Virus record (IMG/VR): IMGVR_UViG_3300031998_000074
Coordinates: 2,403 to 66,402 of that record
Length of the DNA stretch: 64,000 bases
Source: a virus
Taxonomy: Duplodnaviria; Caudoviricetes
Direction: 5' to 3' (one strand)
The notes under the pieces were generated by a model. It did no database searches and was not told the DNA's origin. It saw only the letters and a program-made list of their open reading frames with translations. Within the stretch, counting starts at the first letter, position 1. Each line of letters begins with the position of its first letter. Both the position numbers and the translations under genes were made by a program. This document shows, piece after piece, positions 9,289-18,600 of the stretch.

Positions 9289-10950
9289 ATGAAAAGAGTT
9301 GTCTTTACAGGAGATACTTGCAGGAACAAACTTAAAGAGGGGATAGACTTTGCAGCTAATGCAATTGCACCTACACTTGGACCCCGTGGTGCATCGGCTA
9401 TTATTCACACAAATTCATTTCCATATCCGGCAGTAATAGATGACGGTGTCACTATTGCCCGGGCCCTTTACCATGAAGATGGTGCCGTTAATACAGGCGT
9501 GGCGTTGATTAAAGAAGTTGCATCACAAGCTGATGATTCCGGTGGTGATGGTACAAGCACAGCCACATTATTTACACAACGTATTATCAGCGAAGGTATT
9601 AGACAAATCGCGGCGGGCACATCTAAACGTGCTATTAAAAATGGTATTGAACGTGCTACCAGGATTGTAACAGAATCAATAAAATCCCGGGCACATCAGG
9701 TCAAAGACATACACGACTTAACTAATATTGCAACAGTATCTTCTAACGATAAAGCTCTAGGAGAACTTGTAGCAAAGGCAATTGATAAAGTAGGTAAGGA
9801 AGGCCGTGTACAAGTAGAAGAATCAAACTATACTGAAACTGTTTTAGATACCATAAGTGGTATGACAATCAATAAAGGTATGGTAGATCGTGGGCTTGCT
9901 AATACTAAACAAGGTACATTTGAAAAGAAGAAATGTAAAATCGTTTTAATGGATAAGGAGCTCGGCTTACTTGAAGCAACTAAATTACTTGAAGTCGCGC
10001 TTGTTAAATCTGTACCTATACTTATCTTCGCGGAGACCTTCTCACCTGTAGTTATTGGTGGTATGAAATACAACGCAGCTCAACTTAAACTTGCAACCTG
10101 TGCAGTAAGGAACCCGGCTCATGGAGATCTTAAACGTGAACAGATGTCAGATATCTGTGAGCTTACAGGTGCCACAGTGCTAGGTGATGCAAATGGTATT
10201 ACCCTCGATGCATTAAACACAAAAGAAATGGAATCCATTGATAAGTATATGCAGTACTTTGGTGAAGCAGACGTTGTGGTCAGCAACAAAGAAACAATCT
10301 TGATGGTGGAAAAGATGAGTGATCGTGCGAATAAACGTATTGAAGAATTACGCACACAACTCCAGGAACCGACCTTGACTCCTTATGATAGGGATAACCT
10401 ACAAACAAGGCTCGCAAATTTAACAGGTGGTATCTCTATCATAAAGGTCGGTGGTTATACCGACACTGAAGTAACAGCTAAGAAAGCGAAGATCGAAGAC
10501 GCAAAGAACGCAACTAAGTCAGCCCTTGTATCCGGATATGTAGCTGGCGGTGGCAGTGCTTACTTAAGAGCTGCGTTAGATCTTAGTGAAGTATTATCAG
10601 ATAAGGAAGCCTTAGACGCAATTCCGGAAGAAGAAATTATAGGTATGCATATTGTGTTACAAGCACTTCCGGTTGTTACAGAGCAACTCGCAGAGAACTC
10701 CGGATTAAATGGTAAGACAATCGTAGATAAGATCTATGAAAAGATAGGAACAATTTATGGCTACGGTTTAAATGCGGTAACCGGAAAACTTTGTGATCTC
10801 TATGATGAAGGTATCATAGACTCAGTACAAGTAATTATTAATTCACTTGAGAAAGCATCATCAGTATCAGCAACAGTACTTATGTCTGAAACATTGATAA
10901 CAGAGCAAACTGAAGAATGTGATAAAGTGAATTGTGGAACGCGCCGCTAA
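9289..10950 (+). CDS. groEL: group I chaperonin GroEL-like
   Basis: TLGPRG, DDGVTIA, GDGTSTAT, KIEDAKNATK, GGG. Confidence 0.95.
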   Translation: MKRVVFTGDTCRNKLKEGIDFAANAIAPTLGPRGASAIIHTNSFPYPAVIDDGVTIARALYHEDGAVNTGVALIKEVASQADDSGGDGTSTATLFTQRIISEGIRQIAAGTSKRAIKNGIERATRIVTESIKSRAHQVKDIHDLTNIATVSSNDKALGELVAKAIDKVGKEGRVQVEESNYTETVLDTISGMTINKGMVDRGLANTKQGTFEKKKCKIVLMDKELGLLEATKLLEVALVKSVPILIFAETFSPVVIGGMKYNAAQLKLATCAVRNPAHGDLKREQMSDICELTGATVLGDANGITLDALNTKEMESIDKYMQYFGEADVVVSNKETILMVEKMSDRANKRIEELRTQLQEPTLTPYDRDNLQTRLANLTGGISIIKVGGYTDTEVTAKKAKIEDAKNATKSALVSGYVAGGGSAYLRAALDLSEVLSDKEALDAIPEEEIIGMHIVLQALPVVTEQLAENSGLNGKTIVDKIYEKIGTIYGYGLNAVTGKLCDLYDEGIIDSVQVIINSLEKASSVSATVLMSETLITEQTEECDKVNCGTRR

Positions 10951-12050
10951 TGTCCGGCGCGGTCATCACAACCATTGAAAAGGTTGAGGTGTCAACCAAG
11001 TATAGTTACGTCCGGACTATTCATTTGAAGGACTTATTATATAAGGTTGTATTAGTTTCAAATCAAATATACGAAGTAGGTGATAAAGTTTTATACATAC
11101 CGGACCGGGCTAAACTACCGGTCCGGCTACTAAAGGCCTTTGGCTTTTGGGACTATAGGGGAAATCATGGTCTTTTATCCGGTGTTAACTATAATGTGGT
11201 ACGCCCGTATTGTTTTAATGATGATTATGATTATTATTCTTGCGGTATTATTATACTACTCAGTAAGGTACTAGAAGCAGGAATTACATTAAGGGAAGAT
11301 CAAAGAACGCTCGATTCACAACTTGGAATAACCTATTTGGAAAAAAAGAACCCATATATATTTAGGGGAGATGAGTACTTCTTAGATCTTAACATTAACA
11401 AGAACATAGCAGTTGAACTAGAACGTTGCTATAAGCTATTTGAAAACACGGATGTTGTTTGTGAAGAATATATCAGAGGCAGGCAATTTTATATTACGTT
11501 TGATAAGAAGAAGATGTTCGAGCTGGCACATGGTATGTATGCTCGGATTCATATTACAGGCCAAAATTATGCTAAGTGTCGTTTTCTTTCTAATACCAAA
11601 CGAAATATGGAAGGTAACTTATTTTGCATAGTCACACATAAGAACGACTTTACAAATAAAGCTGTCGCAATATTACGTATGTATCCGAACATGGACAGGA
11701 TCACCTTTAATGTAGTGGTCCGGACTCAAGCTTTCGGAGCCAAGTTTACAGAGCAACTAAAGCATAGTGAGTACGTCGTTACGGATATATACATAGGTAA
11801 TTCAAATACCGGATATTTCTTTCCGTTAGAGCGTCGTAATTATTTATGTTCTTATTACGGAATGCCGGCACCTAAGATGATATATTCCGGACCTTATAAT
11901 TATGATGTCTTACATGGCCTGGCAAACATAGGTAATACAGCTAAGCATGTAGCCTGTACAGGTATTATTATAAGGAACCAAACAGATACCCGGGCCGTAT
12001 TGTACTCTGAGGATGCAAGATTACGCTATAGTTATTGTGTAAAAAATTAG
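10932..12050 (+). CDS. RNA ligase (DRB0094/Rnl2-like) homologue, apparently degenerate
   Basis: N-terminal OB/tRNA-binding-like module (YEVGDKVLYIP, YSCGII); motif I region reads EEYIRG with no lysine. Confidence 0.55.
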   Translation: MWNAPLMSGAVITTIEKVEVSTKYSYVRTIHLKDLLYKVVLVSNQIYEVGDKVLYIPDRAKLPVRLLKAFGFWDYRGNHGLLSGVNYNVVRPYCFNDDYDYYSCGIIILLSKVLEAGITLREDQRTLDSQLGITYLEKKNPYIFRGDEYFLDLNINKNIAVELERCYKLFENTDVVCEEYIRGRQFYITFDKKKMFELAHGMYARIHITGQNYAKCRFLSNTKRNMEGNLFCIVTHKNDFTNKAVAILRMYPNMDRITFNVVVRTQAFGAKFTEQLKHSEYVVTDIYIGNSNTGYFFPLERRNYLCSYYGMPAPKMIYSGPYNYDVLHGLANIGNTAKHVACTGIIIRNQTDTRAVLYSEDARLRYSYCVKN

Positions 12051-12051
12051 G

Positions 12052-12068
12052 AAAATATTGTATACTGT
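12052..12068 (+). promoter_or_regulatory. phage promoter-like motif AAAATATTGTATACTGT
   Basis: exact repeated intergenic motif, with TGTAAA 17 nt upstream of TATACT. Confidence 0.7.
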
Positions 12069-12082
12069 AAAAGGAGAGTGTA

Positions 12083-12604
12083 ATGAATAATACATTCGAG
12101 ATTAAATTAAAAATAAATATATTCCCGGAACTCACTGGTTATACCGATGACGAACTTAAGCACGCGCTTATTTTCCAATCATTCGATACAGGTACCGGGC
12201 TTAATTTATTTCAGACAACACCCGAGTTAGCAAAGAAAGCCACAATACTTAAATATAATGAAGTGGCTAAAATGTATTATAAAATGTTACAACCGGCAAT
12301 GGAGAAATTCCAAATACCGGCCCGAATCGTCTGTCTACTTAATAATACTTTAGGTAGTGATGACGTAACTAAATTAAAGTCAGAAACTATAAACTATGCT
12401 ATGACGTTTGTCTTTATATTTAACGACGATTATAGCAGTTATAAACTAGCTAACATCTATTTTGGAGATGCAGTAGCTCGTACCGGTAAGTGGGCAAACC
12501 CGGACCAAGTTCAATTGATGGCTAAGGCCTTAGGCGTTCAGTATTATTCAAAAGGGGAAATTGATGCCGAACAACAAATCGATCTTACAAGAACTGAAGA
12601 ATAG
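12083..12604 (+). CDS. hypothetical protein
   Basis: AAAGGAG RBS after the promoter motif. Confidence 0.65.
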   Translation: MNNTFEIKLKINIFPELTGYTDDELKHALIFQSFDTGTGLNLFQTTPELAKKATILKYNEVAKMYYKMLQPAMEKFQIPARIVCLLNNTLGSDDVTKLKSETINYAMTFVFIFNDDYSSYKLANIYFGDAVARTGKWANPDQVQLMAKALGVQYYSKGEIDAEQQIDLTRTEE

Positions 12605-14039
12605 AGTACATGCAAAATTAAAAGATTCAATTTTAACTTACAGTGAACCTGACACTAAAAGTAAACGGAGACATGACCGCAGTGAAGTTAATGCAACAAA
12701 GTCTCGCAGACAGGTAACAATCAGTAAATACGGAAAGAAAAAGAAATACATTATCTCAGCCGTTGTAGAAGGTGCTCCTATAGCATGGGATTTCGTGAAG
12801 GCTATGGAGTTATATACCAGACAACATAATGCAGAAATAGCTTTACTGTGGATGCGCGGTGTATACAAGAAAGATACCTTCTCAAACTGGGAGTTTGATC
12901 AGATCAGACCGTACATTACCACCAGCATAAAACTTAATGAAAATTTGGAAGCTCGTGACTTTGAATTAGCTCCAGCTAAATGCCTACCACTGGGCGGTCG
13001 TATAACTAAGCTGGGTACAAGGGAGACTTCTGTTATAGTTGCCAGTACAAAACAACATATGGAAGCTATACCATGTAACCCACCAAAGCTACCACATTGT
13101 ATGTGGTCAACAGGGACTATCTCTACCCCGAATTATTCTGAAACAGAGGTTGGTGCGCTCGCAAAACAAGAAAATACTTTAGGTGCGCTTGTTGTCGAAG
13201 TTATTGACAATAAGCGTTTCTTCATTAGGCCTGTACAATGGATCAACAACGGTTTTGTAGATCTCGGTATTAAGTACACAGCTAAGGGCATGAAGAAAGT
13301 AGCAACTAAAGCTATGGTCTTCGGTGATATACACTTCGGAGAAGAAGATCAACAGGCTTTAGATGTAGCAGTAGAACAGGCTAAGTATTTAAAGGCAGAA
13401 AAGATCTTTCTACATGATATAGGATCCTTTAATAGTATATCACATCACCTTGTATCACAATGTGTATCACGTTCCAAGCTGCCAAGCAATCTTAATACAT
13501 TGGAAAAGGAGCTGGACTATATCAGGTCCGGTCTTAAGACCCTGGTAGGACAGTTTAAAAAGGATACGCCTAAGTTTTATGTAGTAAGTTCAAACCACGA
13601 TGCTTTCTTACACAAATATTTAGAGAGTGGTTACTTTGTTAAAGAACCATTAAATGCTAAACTAGGGGCACAGATGTTTATAGACCTCTGTGATAATAAA
13701 AACCTGCTCGGAAAATACCTCGCAACAGACCACGTGCATTTTTTAAATAAATATGATAACATGTCTGTAGAAGGTATTGAGCTTGGGCTCCACGGACACG
13801 ACGGAGCATCCGGTGCACGAGGTAACACAGCGGTTTTCTTTAAGAATTTAAACAAATGTATTATTGGGCATCAGCATAGACCCGGTATTAGAGGCGGTTG
13901 CTACGTTGTTGGCACCTTAAGTAAATTACAACTACCTTACATGCGCGGTTTATCTGCCTGGTTACATGCTAATGCAGTTGTTTATGAGGGCGGTTATACC
14001 CAATTATTAGTTTATATAGGAGATACATGGCATGCCTAA
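12561..14039 (+). CDS. large phage metallophosphoesterase/nuclease
   Basis: GDIHFG, HDIGSF, SNHD, HGH, GHQH. Confidence 0.75.
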   Translation: MMPNNKSILQELKNRVHAKLKDSILTYSEPDTKSKRRHDRSEVNATKSRRQVTISKYGKKKKYIISAVVEGAPIAWDFVKAMELYTRQHNAEIALLWMRGVYKKDTFSNWEFDQIRPYITTSIKLNENLEARDFELAPAKCLPLGGRITKLGTRETSVIVASTKQHMEAIPCNPPKLPHCMWSTGTISTPNYSETEVGALAKQENTLGALVVEVIDNKRFFIRPVQWINNGFVDLGIKYTAKGMKKVATKAMVFGDIHFGEEDQQALDVAVEQAKYLKAEKIFLHDIGSFNSISHHLVSQCVSRSKLPSNLNTLEKELDYIRSGLKTLVGQFKKDTPKFYVVSSNHDAFLHKYLESGYFVKEPLNAKLGAQMFIDLCDNKNLLGKYLATDHVHFLNKYDNMSVEGIELGLHGHDGASGARGNTAVFFKNLNKCIIGHQHRPGIRGGCYVVGTLSKLQLPYMRGLSAWLHANAVVYEGGYTQLLVYIGDTWHA

Positions 14040-14063
14040 ATTTGGCTGCTTTTTCGGAAAATT

Positions 14064-14549
14064 ATGCAAAAACAGATTTTATTAGACGGAGACAAAAAGC
14101 TATTTACTGTATGTGACCCAGTCACTTTTCCCTTATCTGAAAAAGATAAAGGTACTATCCAGGATTTAATTGACACAACGATGGCAATTGACAATGCACT
14201 AGGCGTGGCAGCACCACAAATAGGTGAAACTGTACGTATCTTCGTGTATAATAATACAAAGGAGCATGGCACTGCAACTATGCGCGTCATGATTAATCCT
14301 ACTATAGTGAAAGAATATGGATCAACAAAGATGGGTTATGAAGGATGTCTATCTTTCCCGGGTTTTGTATATGAAGTACCTGCCTATGAGCTTATTAAGG
14401 TATCATATCAAGATGAGTCCGGACAGAAACATACACTTAAATTACGTGGCTTTGAAGCACGTATCTTTCAGCATGAGTTCAGACATCTAGATGGAATTTG
14501 CTGGCCGAAAGAAGCAATCAAACATTCAAAAGAGGAATTTAAAAAGTAA
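14064..14549 (+). CDS. def: peptide deformylase
   Basis: GVAAPQIG, EGCLSFPG, QHEFRHLDG. Confidence 0.93.
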   Translation: MQKQILLDGDKKLFTVCDPVTFPLSEKDKGTIQDLIDTTMAIDNALGVAAPQIGETVRIFVYNNTKEHGTATMRVMINPTIVKEYGSTKMGYEGCLSFPGFVYEVPAYELIKVSYQDESGQKHTLKLRGFEARIFQHEFRHLDGICWPKEAIKHSKEEFKK

Positions 14550-14550
14550 T

Positions 14551-14925
14551 ATGGCACGTAAAGAAACGAACAAAGAAGTTAAAACAGTAGCTTGTACCGG
14601 GTGCGGGAAAGGTAAGTTCACAGTACCGACCAGCACTAAGTATGTGTTCTGCCATCATTGCTTTACGACGTTAGGTAACAATAATAGGTACAAGCTAAAT
14701 ATGCCCATGTACAAACCTGTACATATCATTGTAGGAGAGACATATCAAGCAATAGATAATTATACATATAAGATAGTAAAGAAGGCGTACAAACTCAAAC
14801 ACAACGTGTTTTACGTATGTAAACGGCTACATGATAAATCGAAAGAGGTTTACGTACTAGGAGATTACTTTTTCAGTGCATTAGAGCAGGGGACTTCAAA
14901 TGCTAACAAAAAAACAGAGACTTAA
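14551..14925 (+). CDS. zinc-ribbon protein
   Basis: CTGC and CHHC; start moved to the ATG after the def stop. Confidence 0.55.
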   Translation: MARKETNKEVKTVACTGCGKGKFTVPTSTKYVFCHHCFTTLGNNNRYKLNMPMYKPVHIIVGETYQAIDNYTYKIVKKAYKLKHNVFYVCKRLHDKSKEVYVLGDYFFSALEQGTSNANKKTET

Positions 14926-17038
14926 TTATGCAAGAAAACAATTAAAAAAGGACTTTATTGGGATCAATGCTCAGATAGACTCAATTATAGATAGTATTGC
15001 ATCTTGGTATTTGCACCCGGAATTATGTACCAAACCGACAGTAATCTGTCTGTGGTCCATAACCGGACTCGGAAAGACAACATTAGTAAAAAATTTAGTT
15101 AATTATTTAGGGCTTGGCGACTGTTTCGTATCAGTTACCTTCAGCTCAAAAAGACATGGTGAAGATTCATTCAGCCAGCTTGTAGGATCTAAACTGGCAC
15201 CTACAGATCAGGGGATTTTATTCTTAGACGAATTTCAAAGATATAAAGCAATTGATAAGAAAGAGAACGACCTACGTAATATTGGGTATGATGATCTTTG
15301 GGGTTTATTAAGCGACGGTCAATTACTCAAACCAGCCAGTGCTGTGTTTGCTATGCAGACTATGCTCGAAATGATCGACGAATATAAGGCTGGTATCATC
15401 GAAGAATTACTCAACGCGGTTAAAGATAATAGTCGTAAGGATAGCCCTTGTGTTTACAGATCTTCCGGAGATGCAATAACATCCCACTCATATATGGGTA
15501 AGTATCAGTCCGAGCTTGGAAAACATGACAAGTCCGGATATATACCGCCACACGAATTTATATTTAAGGCATCTACCCTCGGAGAAAAAACATTCAAAGA
15601 GTTATTCAAATTACGTGCTGAATATAAAGCATTTGCCTATGAGCTGGATGCTAAAGAAGAACGTATTAAAGTAGAGTACTTACTTGAATCATTAAACTAT
15701 ATCTTCTTGCATCCGGTAGAACCAGAGAAATGGGATACCATTTCCTTCGACGATGTAGTTAACCTTATTACAGAAACACTTGAATACTATAAATATAATT
15801 TACCTAACGACAAGATGGCGTATAAGAAGCTGTTGGTTGTTATAGCCGGTAACCACGATGAGTTGTTTGGAGGCAAGTCTGAGTTTAGTAGTTCTTATAA
15901 AGATGTTGAATCCCTATATGACTACACAAGCAGACTTAAATGGTACCAACTTAAGTCGTTATTATTAACTAACTTGTACCCAGAACAAATCAGTAGGCTC
16001 GGCACAAATCATATCATCTACCCGTCGTTAACTGACAAGGCGTATAAGGCTATTATTAACAGGGAACTGAACTTTATTAAGTCCGAGTATAAACGTGAAG
16101 GTATAACGATTAAAATAACTGAGCGTGCCTTTGATGCAATATATAAGAACAGTGTGTTCCCAGCACAAGGCGCCCGGCCGATTAAGTCCAGGATACAAGA
16201 GATTGTATTAAGCCCTATCAGTTTATATGTAACTTTATATCCGAAGATTAAGTCAATTACATTTGATATAGATCCAACTGATAGTAAAGTTATTATCAAT
16301 GATAAAGAACTTAAATGTAAAGTTAATTTAGAAGTAACCGATAAAGAAAACGACGCATTAACTAGAAAGGATACATCAACCATAGTACATGAAGTTGGAC
16401 ACGCCATTGTAACGATGTGGTTATTTAACCTTCCATGTTTAATAGATCTTGCACCATTATCTTCGGATAGTGACGCATATACACAATTTCTCTTCTCACA
16501 AATACCGAACTACAGGAATATAACCGGGCTCAATAAAACAGCCCTGGCTAATATATGTATATACCTGGCCGGACGTGTTGCAGAAGAGTTTGTGTTTGGT
16601 ACTGAAAACACATCACATGGTAACTACTCCGACTATAAGATGGCTACACTGACTGCATCTAACTTATTACGTAACGTCGGTAACGGCAGTGGGATTGCAG
16701 CAGTGTCATCCCCGTTAACTTCTCCGTTTGACATAGACTCTGATCTTACACATGCAACCTGTGATGCAAGAGATGCTGAGATTGAAGCTTTACTTAAGAA
16801 AGAATATATGCGTGCTAAAGAAATATTAACCGCAGCTAAAGATGTTATGATTGGTATGGTTGAGTTCTTACAGAAGCATGCTTACATGTCAAGAAAGGCC
16901 AGTTTACCCTACCTTAAACAGATCCGTAAATTAAAGGCAGGTACCCGGGCCCAAACGTTATCCGCATTGGATATAAACAACATATGGAACAGTTTTAAAC
17001 ATAATGGTGTACAACACCTTAATAGAGGTAATCAATGA
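14900..17038 (+). CDS. ClpB-D2-like AAA+ ATPase fused to an FtsH-type M41 peptidase domain
   Basis: TGLGKTT, FLDEFQ, PEQISRL, GARPIK; HEVGH, LAGRVAEE. Confidence 0.8.
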   Translation: MLTKKQRLNYARKQLKKDFIGINAQIDSIIDSIASWYLHPELCTKPTVICLWSITGLGKTTLVKNLVNYLGLGDCFVSVTFSSKRHGEDSFSQLVGSKLAPTDQGILFLDEFQRYKAIDKKENDLRNIGYDDLWGLLSDGQLLKPASAVFAMQTMLEMIDEYKAGIIEELLNAVKDNSRKDSPCVYRSSGDAITSHSYMGKYQSELGKHDKSGYIPPHEFIFKASTLGEKTFKELFKLRAEYKAFAYELDAKEERIKVEYLLESLNYIFLHPVEPEKWDTISFDDVVNLITETLEYYKYNLPNDKMAYKKLLVVIAGNHDELFGGKSEFSSSYKDVESLYDYTSRLKWYQLKSLLLTNLYPEQISRLGTNHIIYPSLTDKAYKAIINRELNFIKSEYKREGITIKITERAFDAIYKNSVFPAQGARPIKSRIQEIVLSPISLYVTLYPKIKSITFDIDPTDSKVIINDKELKCKVNLEVTDKENDALTRKDTSTIVHEVGHAIVTMWLFNLPCLIDLAPLSSDSDAYTQFLFSQIPNYRNITGLNKTALANICIYLAGRVAEEFVFGTENTSHGNYSDYKMATLTASNLLRNVGNGSGIAAVSSPLTSPFDIDSDLTHATCDARDAEIEALLKKEYMRAKEILTAAKDVMIGMVEFLQKHAYMSRKASLPYLKQIRKLKAGTRAQTLSALDINNIWNSFKHNGVQHLNRGNQ

Positions 17039-17406
17039 GTTACGCATTACAAACACCTGAAGGTGAAGACTTGACTTCGTTCGATGTACAATATAGAAAG
17101 GACGGATCAATATATCATAAATTTGAGTTTTATCTCGTAGCCTTGTATAAACACATGGCTGCCATTCCGCCTAGTAAAGGTGGCACATTTTTGTGTGACA
17201 TCACAAAGCTACGCGCGGATCTTTTTGACTTCGTTTATGAGAACACATGTTCCAAAACTGTAAGTACAAAAATTAGTGATACTAAACGAGAGGATGTGAT
17301 AAAAGCCACAATAGATACAAAGAAACTTATACTTGATTGGTTCTTGCCAAAACAAGAGGCATTTGCCAATAAATGGAATTTAAAAATAAAACAAACTGGA
17401 GAATAA
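17035..17406 (+). CDS. hypothetical protein (paralogue of 21329..21703)
   Basis: shared C-terminus FLPKQxAFAxKW. Confidence 0.65.
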   Translation: MSYALQTPEGEDLTSFDVQYRKDGSIYHKFEFYLVALYKHMAAIPPSKGGTFLCDITKLRADLFDFVYENTCSKTVSTKISDTKREDVIKATIDTKKLILDWFLPKQEAFANKWNLKIKQTGE

Positions 17407-17407
17407 A

Positions 17408-17488
17408 ATGAATTGGCCAGAAGCAGTATTTTACACTGTAGCAATAATTTGCGGAAGTATCGTATTAATAAATTTATATAACAGATAA
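17408..17488 (+). CDS. 26-aa hydrophobic peptide (not in the ORF track)
   Basis: MNWPEAVFYTVAIICGSIVLINLYNR; GGAG RBS; fills the gap between two genes. Confidence 0.5.
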   Translation: MNWPEAVFYTVAIICGSIVLINLYNR

Positions 17489-17497
17489 GGAGAAAAT

Positions 17498-17740
17498 ATG
17501 GCGTATATTAAAGTGATCAGTAAAGGTCCCTCACAAGAGGAACGCGCAGCTGCCTTAGAAAAGGCTTTAAAGATATTTAAACGACAAGTTGAAAGGGAAG
17601 GTATCCTCAAAGACTTGAAGAAAAGAGAAGAATTTATTCCGAAGTCAGTGAGACGTAAACAAAAACGTGAAGAGGCTATTAAAAGACAACGCCGCTCACT
17701 CAAGAACAGAGCAAAATACTTCAAAAGACGTGATAAATAG
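17498..17740 (+). CDS. rpsU: ribosomal protein bS21
   Basis: LEKALKIFKRQVEREGILKDLKKREEFIPKSVRRKQKREEA matches the S21 pattern. Confidence 0.88.
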   Translation: MAYIKVISKGPSQEERAAALEKALKIFKRQVEREGILKDLKKREEFIPKSVRRKQKREEAIKRQRRSLKNRAKYFKRRDK

Positions 17741-17752
17741 GTGGTGATCTAG

Positions 17753-17983
17753 ATGTCGAAGAAAACCCATAAATTTCATAGGTTGGGTTATAAACGTGCT
17801 ATTACTATAGTACTTGATGAGATCGAATCTTTCGAGGACGGTGAGTGGGTAGACTTAGGTTCACCTGATGGCACTGTATACGAATGCACAGTATTAACAT
17901 TAAGGTCCGGAAAAGTATATTTTGTCTCCGAGCCTATTGATTTTATAGAAGAACTACTAGGGGAGATGGATAATGATCGTTAA
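17753..17983 (+). CDS. hypothetical protein
   Basis: AGGTGG RBS, operonic position. Confidence 0.55.
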   Translation: MSKKTHKFHRLGYKRAITIVLDEIESFEDGEWVDLGSPDGTVYECTVLTLRSGKVYFVSEPIDFIEELLGEMDNDR

Positions 17984-18572
17984 GATTTTAGATTGTACAC
18001 CGGACCCGGCTTTCACTATTAATATGACAGCTCGTCAGTGTTACAACAGCCGAGATAAATATGACAAAACCAAAGGAGTTGCCTTTGTCAAGGGCTTGAT
18101 TAGGTCCGGGCACTTAACACCTTTGGAATCAGCGAGTGTTGTATTTGATATTGAGGGTATATCACGAGCATGCTTAGCGCAGTTAACGCGACACCGTATT
18201 GGCGTGAGTTTTTGTGTTCAAAGCCAACGATATGTCAATCAAGAAAAAAGCGCGTATATCATTCCGCCGGACATTGTGAAAAATCAGAACGCCAGGTCGG
18301 TATATGAGAATGCTCTCATGACAACCCGGGCTGCATATCGGGAACTACTCCAATTGGGCATTAAAAAAGAAGATGCCCGGATGGTATTAACAGAGAGCAC
18401 TTGTACTAACCTCTCGATGACAGTTAATTTCCGTGAGCTACGTCATATATTTGAACTCCGTATGGCGAAGGATGCCCAGTGGGAAATCCAAGAGCTTTGT
18501 AAAAGCATGGCAAGCGAGCTTGATAAGCGTAGTTTGCGATGGGTTTACGAGGATATTGCAGATAAGTTGTAA
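17973..18572 (+). CDS. thyX: flavin-dependent thymidylate synthase
   Basis: GHLTPLE, RHRIGVSFCVQSQRY, EDAR, AQWEI. Confidence 0.95.
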   Translation: MIVKILDCTPDPAFTINMTARQCYNSRDKYDKTKGVAFVKGLIRSGHLTPLESASVVFDIEGISRACLAQLTRHRIGVSFCVQSQRYVNQEKSAYIIPPDIVKNQNARSVYENALMTTRAAYRELLQLGIKKEDARMVLTESTCTNLSMTVNFRELRHIFELRMAKDAQWEIQELCKSMASELDKRSLRWVYEDIADKL

Positions 18573-18580
18573 TTTCTTTA

Positions 18581-18598
18581 AAAAATATTGTATACTAT
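18581..18598 (+). promoter_or_regulatory. phage promoter-like motif AAAAATATTGTATACTAT
   Basis: repeated motif with TGTAAT 17 nt upstream of TATACT; precedes a non-coding tract. Confidence 0.7.
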
Positions 18599-18600
18599 AT

